A stretch of 64,000 nucleotides of DNA, taken from contig CAZICL010000003.1 in NCBI GenBank assembly GCA_964537735.1, positions 61,195 to 125,194 of the forward strand. The letters are read 5' to 3'. The translations under genes were made by a program, and so were the position numbers. The notes under the pieces were generated by a model, which saw nothing but the letters and a program-made list of their open reading frames with translations, was not told where the DNA came from and did no database searches. The DNA comes from an uncultured Rhizobium sp. GTDB lineage: Bacteria; Pseudomonadota; Alphaproteobacteria; Rickettsiales; UBA1997. Of the stretch, positions 10,530 to 19,439 are shown in pieces (within the stretch, counting starts at the first letter, position 1; the number at the start of each line of letters is the position of its first letter).

Positions 10530-10790
10530 CTATTGTTTTTTTTCTGCTTCGTGAATGCTTTTTATCTCTTGGGCAATAAATCCTCCGGCTATTAAACCAC
10601 CTGGTTCACTACCTCCAACCATTGGCTGTGGTTTTGGCTTTATACTATCTCCACTTATTGGTTGCGACTTATTAGGGTGATTTTTGAGTTTCTTTGTTAT
10701 CGGATGTTTAGGTTCAATATAACCTGGATTAGCTAAGGCCGAAGTGGAAAATAAGGCGAGAATTGTAGTAAGTCTTAAAAAAGTTTTCAT
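10530..10790 (-). CDS. small putative secreted protein (86 aa) if translated from internal ATG 10790; otherwise the C-terminal part of a chimeric 187-aa ORF
   Basis: MKTFLRLTTILALFSTSALA|NPG looks like a Sec signal peptide with an AxA cleavage site, followed by a Pro/Lys/Gly-rich mature part. No obvious RBS. It is in frame with the upstream DJ-1/PfpI fragment. Confidence 0.35.
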   Translation of the reverse strand: MKTFLRLTTILALFSTSALANPGYIEPKHPITKKLKNHPNKSQPISGDSIKPKPQPMVGGSEPGGLIAGGFIAQEIKSIHEAEKKQ

Positions 10791-11093
10791 AGATGAAACT
10801 TGCGCGCCAATTAATTGGCGATTCGGATCCAGTTTAATGCGATTTAATGTTGATGAATCTTGCGCAATTTCTTTGGTATATATTCCACTTCCAAACATTA
10901 CTGCGTCTGACTCGGAAGCAGACTCTAGCATTTGAGTTGTTTCTATTGTCACACCATTCATTGAAGTTATTTTGGAAGATGGGTCGGTGATATGAACTTG
11001 CAAACCTTTGCTTCGTAAACGATTTAGAATTCCAAGGGCAATAAACGAATCTAATTCGTTAAAACCTTCAAATGTTAGAATTGAAACTTTCAT
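10791..11093 (-). pseudogene. DJ-1/PfpI-family (class I glutamine amidotransferase-like) gene fragment, N-terminal ~100 aa only
   Basis: MKVSILTFEGFNELDSFIALGIL...DAVMFGSG...NRQLIGAQ follows the DJ-1/PfpI fold up to the nucleophile elbow. The expected Cys is replaced (LIGAQ-V) and the rest of the domain is absent. Confidence 0.6.
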
Positions 11094-11112
11094 GATTTTA
11101 CGACTTATTTGG

Positions 11113-11616
11113 TTAGGAATGTTTTTTCAAAACATCTCGTAAAAAAACTGGTAGATCAGTTGATGGAGGAACCAATGGAACTTGATACATCATATCCGAA
11201 ACTAATCCTCGGTGATATGTTCCATGATTTACGATATGGAGAATGATTTCTTCACGAGTCATAGAACCTTTACCACCGCCGATAAAATCGAAATTTATAA
11301 TTTCCTTTAATTGCTCATCAGATAATTTATCACTCAGAGAAATATAATATTTATCAGTTATTTTTACCGCTTCCCAAAGTTCTTCAAGGGGTGGATGAGT
11401 TTCGGTATTTCTAGATTTAAAATTGTGCTTCTTTCCTTCAAGATGTGCCTGAAAAACCAGATCAATAACATATACATGGTTTAGAGTGTGAACCATATTT
11501 CTATATCTGGTTAAGCGTTTTTTTAAAGCCTCTCCTTCGGGCAATGTAGTAACGGTTGTGAAAATAATTTCATTTGCCCATGCCTTGTAGCGGGTTAATA
11601 TTTGAACAGTGTTCAT
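11113..11616 (-). CDS. DinB-family (DinB/YfiT-like) metalloenzyme
   Basis: 167 aa. YKAWANEII start and a His triad pattern (HTLNH ... HIVNHGTYHRG) typical of the DinB four-helix bundle. Confidence 0.75.
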   Translation of the reverse strand: MNTVQILTRYKAWANEIIFTTVTTLPEGEALKKRLTRYRNMVHTLNHVYVIDLVFQAHLEGKKHNFKSRNTETHPPLEELWEAVKITDKYYISLSDKLSDEQLKEIINFDFIGGGKGSMTREEIILHIVNHGTYHRGLVSDMMYQVPLVPPSTDLPVFLRDVLKKHS

Positions 11617-11639
11617 AATTTTGATATTTTTTCTCTGTT

Positions 11640-12335
11640 TTACGAAGCTATAATTTCCTCTACAATTCTTTGAATGTGAAGATTTGTCGTATCAAGAATT
11701 GGTAAGTTATGGTATTTTTCTTCTTTCAAAATCAAAGATAGTTCGGTTCCGCCAAGCACAATACCATCAATGCTATTTTGAGACTCTATATCGGAAATTA
11801 TTTGCAATAATTGTTGTTTTGTTTCTTGGCGCACGATTCCTTTGATCAACTCATCAAAATATATTTGATGGATATAGTTTTGTTGCTCTGCATTTGGCAC
11901 TACAACTTCAATGTTTTTTTGCGCAAATACTTTGGGATAAAAATCTCCCGTCATTGTAAACTTTGTTCCAAGTAACAGAATTTTTTTTAGACCAAGTTCG
12001 CTAGATTTCTCGCTGGTCACTTCTACGATACTGATAAGTCTTAAGGGAGATACAGATTGCAGCTTTTCAAAAACAGCGTGCGGTGTATTTGCGGCTAATA
12101 CACAAAAATCAATGCCAGAGTTTTTTAATTTATAAAGTTCGTCATTTAAATATTTGACCAACTCATCTTCATTCCTACTTAGGAGATTTAGCATTTTTGT
12201 GATGTCAATACTGTTGATGATTATTGAAGGCGAGCTTCCATCGGTTATTTTTTTCTTATAACCGCTAATAATATTTCTGTAATATTGTATTGTTGATTCA
12301 GGCCCGATGCCACCAATAATTCCAACGCTTTTCAT
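11640..12335 (-). CDS. Asp/Glu/hydantoin racemase-superfamily protein (aspartate racemase-like fold, catalytic Cys positions not conserved)
   Basis: MKSVGIIGGIGPESTIQYY N-terminus, AANTPH and LGGTELS at the positions of the CNTxH and GCTE motifs. Confidence 0.8.
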   Translation of the reverse strand: MKSVGIIGGIGPESTIQYYRNIISGYKKKITDGSSPSIIINSIDITKMLNLLSRNEDELVKYLNDELYKLKNSGIDFCVLAANTPHAVFEKLQSVSPLRLISIVEVTSEKSSELGLKKILLLGTKFTMTGDFYPKVFAQKNIEVVVPNAEQQNYIHQIYFDELIKGIVRQETKQQLLQIISDIESQNSIDGIVLGGTELSLILKEEKYHNLPILDTTNLHIQRIVEEIIAS

Positions 12336-12611
12336 GGATTACACCTTTATTATTCATGTTGTTTGATTTGCGACAGTCTCGTTAAGCAAAATCAGCAAAA
12401 TTTTATCCAGTAAATTTCTAACGAACAACCGATGACAAAAAAGTTTTAAACACAAGCCACCTACCAATTCATTTTTCGAACTAACCAACCCTTGATTTTA
12501 CTATTCCACGAGCGTGAATTGGTTAAATAGCAGTTGAAAGTAGACCGAGTTCGAAATTTTTTTTGCTCAGGCGGTTAAAAAAAAGATGAAGAAAAGAAGG
12601 AAGAACATTTA

Positions 12612-13991
12612 TTATTTTTTAGCCAGAAGACTATGGCGATAGCCGTAACCGAAGTAAACCAATAGACCAAGAATTGACCAGATCATAAAATAAATACCAC
12701 TTTCAACTAGTAAATCATAAGCCAAATAAGAACAGCTAATAATTGCCAAAGGTGCGACGATGTTAATTGCCGGACATTTGAAAGAGCGCGGTAATTCTGG
12801 ATGGCTGAATCGCAAAATCAAAACTCCAATCGCCACTACAATGAAAGAAACCAAAGTTCCCAAACTGGTTAAATGACTTAATGTTTTAAGCGGAAAAAAT
12901 CCCGAAACTAAAGCGACTACAATTGAAACTGCAACAACTGCAATATAAGGGGTGTTAAATTTCTTGTGCAACTTGCTGAAAGGTGCAGGAATCAGACCAT
13001 CACGCGACATGACAAAGAAAATGCGCGACTGCCCATAAATCAAAATTAATAAAACCGAAGTAATGCCGGCGATCGCTCCGGTAGCAACTAAAGCTGACCC
13101 AATATTGCTACCATTGTCTCTAAGAGCACGAGCTAAAGGCTCAGCGTTATTCAATGTGTCATAGCTGACGATTCCAGTCAGAACCAAAGACACGGCAACA
13201 TAAAGAACAGCACAAACCACTGCCGAAACAATAATTCCAATCGGCAAATCTCTTTTGGGATTTTTACATTCTTCTGCAGCAGTAGCCACCGCATCAAAGC
13301 CAATGTAAGCATAGAAAACCGTGGCCGCACCAATAAAAATTCCTGAAATACCAAAAGGAGCAAAATTAGACCAGTTCTCAACCTTCACCATGGGAACAGC
13401 AATAATTAAAAATAGAAAAATAACGCCAATTTTGATCGAAACTAAAATACGGTTAAAAGTGACGCTTTCTTTAGTACCGCGATAAAGCAAAAATCCGATA
13501 AAAAGTGCGATCAAAACTGCCGGCAAATTAATGATGCCACCATTTGCTGGTGAATTGGCTAAATAGGTTGGCAGATCAATTCCTCCCGTTTTTAAAATAC
13601 CCACCATATAGCCAGACCAACCTGAGGAAACCGTTGCCGCACCAATGGCATATTCAAGAATCAAACCCCAGCCAACTAACCAGGCCACAAATTCACCAAG
13701 AATGGCATAAGAATAAGTATAAGCGCTTCCGGCAACTGGAACCATCGATGCCAATTCAGCATAAGCCAGACCAGCAAAAATACAGGCCATAGCTGCTAAA
13801 AAATATGATATTGCGATAGCTGGACCAGCATAATTGGCAGCAGCAATTCCGGTAACCACAAAAATTCCGGTACCAATTGTACAACCAACGCCAATCATTA
13901 CTAAATCAAAAGCGCCGAGAGTTTTCTTAAGCGTGTTTTTTTCAGCATTAGCTAAAATTTCTTGAATAGTTTTTTTGCGCAGAAGGGACAT
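12612..13991 (-). CDS. APC-superfamily amino acid permease (cationic amino acid transporter-like), paralog 1
   Basis: 459 aa with about 12 predicted TM segments. Motifs GCTIGTGIFV, AGSAYTYSY, FDAVATAAEECKNPKRDLP. Confidence 0.9.
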   Translation of the reverse strand: MSLLRKKTIQEILANAEKNTLKKTLGAFDLVMIGVGCTIGTGIFVVTGIAAANYAGPAIAISYFLAAMACIFAGLAYAELASMVPVAGSAYTYSYAILGEFVAWLVGWGLILEYAIGAATVSSGWSGYMVGILKTGGIDLPTYLANSPANGGIINLPAVLIALFIGFLLYRGTKESVTFNRILVSIKIGVIFLFLIIAVPMVKVENWSNFAPFGISGIFIGAATVFYAYIGFDAVATAAEECKNPKRDLPIGIIVSAVVCAVLYVAVSLVLTGIVSYDTLNNAEPLARALRDNGSNIGSALVATGAIAGITSVLLILIYGQSRIFFVMSRDGLIPAPFSKLHKKFNTPYIAVVAVSIVVALVSGFFPLKTLSHLTSLGTLVSFIVVAIGVLILRFSHPELPRSFKCPAINIVAPLAIISCSYLAYDLLVESGIYFMIWSILGLLVYFGYGYRHSLLAKK

Positions 13992-14175
13992 GAGAACTAA
14001 TTATTAGTTGGTGAGAACTTGTTCTAAATCTCATTATAACTAGTTTATGGCATGATTTTTGAAGCATCTCAGCACCACCTATAAAGCAATAGGCGAGCCA
14101 AGAGCGGGAAAAGCATGCTACACAGAGTAAATGACTAGAGATTTAGGATAGGTTCTAAAAGTGCGATCTTTTGAT

Positions 14176-15552
14176 TTATTTGAGAGGGCTTTTTCTATAA
14201 CCGTAAAAAATATAAACCAAAATGCCGATAGCAAACCAGATGGCGAAAGGAATACCGGTTTTAAGCAATAAATCATACATCAAATAACCACAGCTTAATA
14301 TGGCCATTGGAGCAACAAAGAAAACTGCCGGACATCTAAATGATCTGTTAAGTTCTGGCTTCTTGATGCGCAATATCAAGACCCCAAAAGACACTATCAC
14401 GAAAGCAAATAAAATACCCAAACTACTCATATTTCCCATAGTATGAATTGGTGTAAAACCAGCAACCAACATCACGGCGATAGTTACAAAAATGCATCCC
14501 AAATATGGAGTACCATATTTTTTATGTAATTTGCCGAAAGATTGAGGAATCAAACCATCACGCGCCATCACGAAAAAAATACGTGACTGACCATACATTA
14601 AGACCAATAAAACGGCCAACATACCAGCAATAGCTCCGGTTCCGACCAATGCCGATCCAACATTGCTGCCATTAACACGTAAAGCATAAGCCATAGGTTC
14701 AGGGCTATCCAATTCTGAAAAATGAACAATCCCAGTTAGAACCAAAGAAACAATTACGTAAAGCACTGCACATACAGATAAACCACCGATGATTCCAATC
14801 GGTAAATCTCTTTTTGGATTTTTACATTCCTCAGCAGTGGTTGCTACCGCATCAAAACCAAGATAAGCGAAGAAAATAGCCGCTGCTCCAGCACCGACAC
14901 CCTGCCAACCAAAAGGCATAAAATTAGAATAATTTTCCATTTTCACATGAGGTGCAGCAATAATCAAAAATAGGAAAATCACCGCCAGTTTAATTGCCAC
15001 TAAAATACGGTTTACCATCACGCTCTCTTTAGTTCCAACCGTCAATAAAGAACCGATAAATAGAGCAACGCAAACTGCCGGAAGATTGATAATGCCACCA
15101 TCAGAAGGAACTCTGGTTAAAGATTCTGGGAGATGAATTCCACCCTCACCTAACAAACCCACTAAATATCCTGACCAACCAGCTGAAACAGTAGAAGCAG
15201 CAACAGTATATTCTAAAATCAAACCCCAGGCAACCAACCAGGCAACAAACTCTCCCATAGTTGCATAAGAATATGTATAAGCACTTCCGGCGACCGGAAC
15301 CATAGCTGCAAGCTCAGTGTAGGCCAAAGCCGCAAACATACAGGCAATACCAGCTAAAACATAAGAAATAGAAATTGCCGGACCAGCATATTTTGCTGCG
15401 GCGATTCCAGTTAAAACAAAAATTCCAGTACCAATAGTACAACCAATGCCGAACAAGATAAGATCAAGTGGCCCAAGGGTTTTTTTCAAAGAGTTTTTCT
15501 TAGCTCCAGCAATAATGCTCTCAATACTTTTTGTACGAAGTGATAGTTTCAT
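14176..15552 (-). CDS. APC-superfamily amino acid permease, paralog 2
   Basis: 458 aa, colinear with the neighbouring permease. Roughly two-thirds identical by eye and carries the same motifs. Confidence 0.9.
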   Translation of the reverse strand: MKLSLRTKSIESIIAGAKKNSLKKTLGPLDLILFGIGCTIGTGIFVLTGIAAAKYAGPAISISYVLAGIACMFAALAYTELAAMVPVAGSAYTYSYATMGEFVAWLVAWGLILEYTVAASTVSAGWSGYLVGLLGEGGIHLPESLTRVPSDGGIINLPAVCVALFIGSLLTVGTKESVMVNRILVAIKLAVIFLFLIIAAPHVKMENYSNFMPFGWQGVGAGAAAIFFAYLGFDAVATTAEECKNPKRDLPIGIIGGLSVCAVLYVIVSLVLTGIVHFSELDSPEPMAYALRVNGSNVGSALVGTGAIAGMLAVLLVLMYGQSRIFFVMARDGLIPQSFGKLHKKYGTPYLGCIFVTIAVMLVAGFTPIHTMGNMSSLGILFAFVIVSFGVLILRIKKPELNRSFRCPAVFFVAPMAILSCGYLMYDLLLKTGIPFAIWFAIGILVYIFYGYRKSPLK

Positions 15553-15590
15553 TTGAATGTATTTTAAGATTTTAGATTTAGAAATGTGGT

Positions 15591-16643
15591 TTATTCGCTT
15601 GCTAATTGGGCTTCTTCAGCAGTTTCTTTTGAGATGAAGCCTCGATCAAACAATTCTTTAATTGAATCTTTCATGGTGCACATACCGGATTTTTTTCCCA
15701 GTTCCATGATAGAGTGAATTTGTGGAATTTTATCTTCGCGGATTAAGTTGCGGATTGAAACATTAGCCAGCATAACTTCATAAGCAGCGCATCTGCCGCC
15801 ACCTTCTTTTTTTAGCAATCTTTGCGAAATAACGGCTCGCAGTGAGGAAGAAAGAATATTACGCACCACGGTCTTATCTTCTGAGGGGAATACATCAATA
15901 ATACGATTTATGGTTTGAGCTGCCGAATTAGTGTGCAAAGTTGCCAACACCAAATGGCCTGTTTCTGCAGCTGTTAGCGCCAACTGAATTGTTTCAACAT
16001 CACGCAACTCACCAACCAAAATGACATCAGGATCTTCACGTAAAGCACTTTTTAAGGCGCTAGCAAAAGAGGAAGTACTGCTGCCAACCTCACGCTGATT
16101 AACTAAAGCTTTTTTATTTTTATGAACAAACTCAACCGGATCTTCAATGGTAATGATATGAACTTTGCGCGTGCTGTTAATGTGGTCAATCAGGGCCGAC
16201 AGAGTTGTAGATTTACCGCTTCCGGTTGGACCAACAACTAAAATCAAACCTTTACTACAGCTTGACAAACTGCGCACTGCTTCTGGAGTATGTAGATCAG
16301 ATAATGTTTTAATGCCATTGGGAATTTCACGAAAAGCTGCTGCTGGACCGTTAATGGTACGAAAAGCATTAACCCTAAAACGCAAATCTTCACCAATTTG
16401 AATGGAGAAATCTAATTCGGATTTTTCATCATAAATTTTTCTTTGAGCTTCAGTCATAACTGAATAAACCATCTCATAAACTTGAGATTCAGGAAGAGGA
16501 GAAGTTCCTGGCACCGCAACCATATCACCATCAACGCGTAACATTGGCACTGAACCAGTGGAGATATGAACATCTGAACAACCTTGTTTTTTGGCGTAGT
16601 TCAAAATTTTTTCAATGGCATAGGCCAAAATTTTTTCAATCAT
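15591..16643 (-). CDS. pilT: type IV pilus retraction ATPase PilT family
   Basis: Walker A GPTGSGKST, Asp box/Walker B ILVGELRD, His box HLVLATLHTNSA, PilT-type C-terminus SIRNLIREDKIPQIHSIM. Confidence 0.85.
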   Translation of the reverse strand: MIEKILAYAIEKILNYAKKQGCSDVHISTGSVPMLRVDGDMVAVPGTSPLPESQVYEMVYSVMTEAQRKIYDEKSELDFSIQIGEDLRFRVNAFRTINGPAAAFREIPNGIKTLSDLHTPEAVRSLSSCSKGLILVVGPTGSGKSTTLSALIDHINSTRKVHIITIEDPVEFVHKNKKALVNQREVGSSTSSFASALKSALREDPDVILVGELRDVETIQLALTAAETGHLVLATLHTNSAAQTINRIIDVFPSEDKTVVRNILSSSLRAVISQRLLKKEGGGRCAAYEVMLANVSIRNLIREDKIPQIHSIMELGKKSGMCTMKDSIKELFDRGFISKETAEEAQLASE

Positions 16644-16645
16644 CT

Positions 16646-17539
16646 CTAAACCTCACTTGGATATAATTTACCGCGGATAAACTCGATCCTATTCTTTATC
16701 TGATCAAGCGGGATATTTTGTTCAACGCCGTTACTGAGGCGAACGACTTCAGAATAAGCATCAATAGCATTGGCATAGTCAGATCTTTTATCATAAAGCA
16801 CTGCCAAATTATATTTATATTCCACACAAGTTGGATCATTGGCGACCGCCCTTTCTAATAATTCAGTTGCTCTGTCATAACTTTTGATTTTGTCATAAGC
16901 CAAAGCTGCTTGCGACAGAATGTAAGAAGATTGCGGATTTTCAATAACCAATCTGGAGAGCAAATAAAAAGCATCTTTTGGTGATTCTGCAACGAGGATA
17001 GTAAGTAAGTTGCCCACAATTTCTTCTTTATTATCCACATCACTTTTCAGCAATCCATAATAGCTAGTTTTAGCCTGACGATTTTGCCCCAATTTTTGGT
17101 ACACCACCGCCAGAGAAAACTTGGCGTAAAGATTATCTGGTTCAAGGGCTATAACTTGTTTATAAAGTTCAACTGAGGCTTCATATTGGCCGACCAAAGC
17201 AGCATTATAAGCCATCTTTTCTTTTATTCTGGCATCGGCATTGACAGTTTTGTTTGAATCCACCACCACAATATCAATTTCCGCACTACGATCACTTTCT
17301 CTGTCATCATGCTTGATTGCCAGATTATTTTCTTTTTTCTTGATCACCTCTTTTTGCTTGTAGAAATCAAGCTGTTGGCGGGAACTCTTATCAAATAATA
17401 GTGTTTTTTCGATCTCTTTAACCAAATCAGTAGTTGTAACATAATCCTCGGCAACAGCATTATTTACCGAAAGGACAAAACCCAGAATCAAGAAAAATGG
17501 TAAAAAGTAAGAACGTAAAATGGAGGGCCTTAAAAACAT
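16646..17539 (-). CDS. exported tetratricopeptide (TPR) repeat protein
   Basis: N-terminal signal-like segment FLPFFLILGFVLSVNNAVA|ED. Several TPR-like units, e.g. AYNAALVGQYEASVELYKQVIALEPDN and YNLAVLYDKRSDYANAIDAYSEVV. Confidence 0.7.
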   Translation of the reverse strand: MFLRPSILRSYFLPFFLILGFVLSVNNAVAEDYVTTTDLVKEIEKTLLFDKSSRQQLDFYKQKEVIKKKENNLAIKHDDRESDRSAEIDIVVVDSNKTVNADARIKEKMAYNAALVGQYEASVELYKQVIALEPDNLYAKFSLAVVYQKLGQNRQAKTSYYGLLKSDVDNKEEIVGNLLTILVAESPKDAFYLLSRLVIENPQSSYILSQAALAYDKIKSYDRATELLERAVANDPTCVEYKYNLAVLYDKRSDYANAIDAYSEVVRLSNGVEQNIPLDQIKNRIEFIRGKLYPSEV

Positions 17540-17544
17540 TTAGG

Positions 17545-19434
17545 TTAATTTTCCTGAGTATTTTTGTAATTATTTTTAATATAAATCATCACCGCCATCA
17601 TCGAAGCAGGCGTGATTCCTTGAATCCTAAAAGCGGCGCTGATTGTTACTGGTCGCGCTTTCTGAAGCTTTTCCCTTACTTCGCTTGAGAGACTTTGGAT
17701 GTTGTTATAATCAAGATCAAGCGGAATTTTCATGTTCTCATCCTTGCGGAAAATCTGCAAATCCTGTTCCTGACGCTTCAAGTAAGAACTATAGAGTGAA
17801 TTGATTGCAATTTGATTTTTTATCTGCGGATCAATTCGAGACTTTTCTTCTGTAAGTTCAGGCCAAATCCGTTCTAAAACTGCAAAGTCAATTTCTTGAA
17901 AAGATAAAAGTTGTAAGGCGCTACGCACCACACCATCTTGTTTAATATTGATGCCAAATTCAGCCAATTTGCTGGGCGAGATTTTTAACGAAGATAATAA
18001 TTCTTCGCCCTGCAAAATTTTATTTTTTTTGACAGCAAAAAATTCGGCGCGTTCTTTTTTAACACAACCAATATTAATTCCCCTTTCCGTCAAACGCATG
18101 TCAGCATTATCAGCACGCAAACTCAAACGATATTCCGCCCGCGACGTAAGCATACGATAAGGCTCAGACGTGCCCAGCGTGGTAAGATCATCAATCATCA
18201 CGCCAATATAGCTTGTGGAACGATCCAGAATAAAATCCTGATCAACATCCACACGCGCTTTCAAAGCGGCATTAATTCCTGCAACCAAACCCTGCCCGGC
18301 AGCTTCTTCATATCCAGTGGTTCCGTTAATTTGTCCGGCAAAAAATAATCCACGAATTTTTTTGGTTTCCAGTGTCGGCATTAATTCGCGCGGATCGACA
18401 AAATCATATTCAATAGCATAACCTGGTTGGGTTACCACACAATTTTCAAGTCCCGGAATGGTTTTTAAAAATTCAAGCTGCACATCTGAAGGCAGTGAAG
18501 TTGAAATGCCGTTGGGATAAATCAAATCACTATCCAATCCTTCTGGCTCCAAAAAAATCTGGTGACGTTCTTTGTCAAAAAAGCGATGAACTTTATCTTC
18601 AATTGACGGGCAATAACGCGGACCAACACCGGAAATATAGCCGCCATACATTGCCGATTTGTGCAAATTATTTTTTATAACTTCATGGGTTTTGCTGTTG
18701 GTGTAAGTGATGTAGCAACAAGTTTGCGCAACCGAAATTTTATCGTTTAAGTAGGAAAAAGGCTGCGGCGGATTATCACCCGGTTGTGCTTCCAGCTGTG
18801 AAAAATCTATCGAACTTTTTAAAATACGCGGCGGAGTTCCGGTTTTAAGGCGCGCCAGTGCAAAATTATGACGTTCCAGAGTTTGTGATAATCCGTAAGA
18901 TGGCTCTTCGCCAACTCGTCCGGCAGAAATTTTTTGATCGCCAATGTGAATAACACCCCGCAAGAAAGTACCGGTGGTTAAGATTACTGAAGAAGCAGCG
19001 ATAGATGAATTATTATTAGCCAGTAAAACCGCCTTTACTTTGCCATCTGTAATTAAAATATCTTCAACGCTGTCAAATCTGATTTCGAGGTTTTCGTAAT
19101 CTTTTAAAATGTGATTAATGGCTTTTTTATAAAGTGTGCGATCAGCTTGAGCGCGTGGAGAGTGAACTGCAGCACCTTTGGAAGCATTTAAAATACGAAA
19201 ATGAATTCCCGCCATGTCAATGGCCTTACCCATCACACCATCAAGCGCATCAACTTCTTTAACGATGGTGCCTTTGGCAACTCCGCCAATTGCCGGATTG
19301 CACGACATCTCACCAAGATTTTTGGGATTTTTAGTCAATAACAGCGTTTTAGCACCCATACGCGCCGCAGCACATGCCGCCTCAACCCCGGCATGGCCAG
19401 CGCCGATTACGATAACGTCGAATTTATCTGACAT
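17545..19434 (-). CDS. mnmG: tRNA uridine 5-carboxymethylaminomethyl modification enzyme MnmG (GidA)
   Basis: FAD motif [14 protein letters not shown], then [37 protein letters not shown]. 629 aa. Confidence 0.95.
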   Translation of the reverse strand: MSDKFDVIVIGAGHAGVEAACAAARMGAKTLLLTKNPKNLGEMSCNPAIGGVAKGTIVKEVDALDGVMGKAIDMAGIHFRILNASKGAAVHSPRAQADRTLYKKAINHILKDYENLEIRFDSVEDILITDGKVKAVLLANNNSSIAASSVILTTGTFLRGVIHIGDQKISAGRVGEEPSYGLSQTLERHNFALARLKTGTPPRILKSSIDFSQLEAQPGDNPPQPFSYLNDKISVAQTCCYITYTNSKTHEVIKNNLHKSAMYGGYISGVGPRYCPSIEDKVHRFFDKERHQIFLEPEGLDSDLIYPNGISTSLPSDVQLEFLKTIPGLENCVVTQPGYAIEYDFVDPRELMPTLETKKIRGLFFAGQINGTTGYEEAAGQGLVAGINAALKARVDVDQDFILDRSTSYIGVMIDDLTTLGTSEPYRMLTSRAEYRLSLRADNADMRLTERGINIGCVKKERAEFFAVKKNKILQGEELLSSLKISPSKLAEFGINIKQDGVVRSALQLLSFQEIDFAVLERIWPELTEEKSRIDPQIKNQIAINSLYSSYLKRQEQDLQIFRKDENMKIPLDLDYNNIQSLSSEVREKLQKARPVTISAAFRIQGITPASMMAVMIYIKNNYKNTQEN

Positions 19435-19439
19435 AGTTT

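Noticed and set aside
12547-12557. A tRNA-like T-loop sequence (GAGTTCGAAAT) in the 276-nt spacer upstream of the racemase-like gene.
   Set aside because: The flanking bases cannot form a T-stem, and no acceptor or anticodon arms can be drawn. It is not a tRNA.
10186-15552. Mobile-element or genomic-island boundaries around the accessory islet.
   Set aside because: I could find no integrase, transposase, flanking tRNA or flanking direct repeats. I therefore report it only as a loosely packed, decaying region and not as a mobile element.
17051-17059. A perfect DnaA box, TTATCCACA, near mnmG as a hint of oriC.
   Set aside because: It is a single copy located inside the TPR coding sequence. 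I could find no cluster of boxes or AT-rich unwinding element in an intergenic region.
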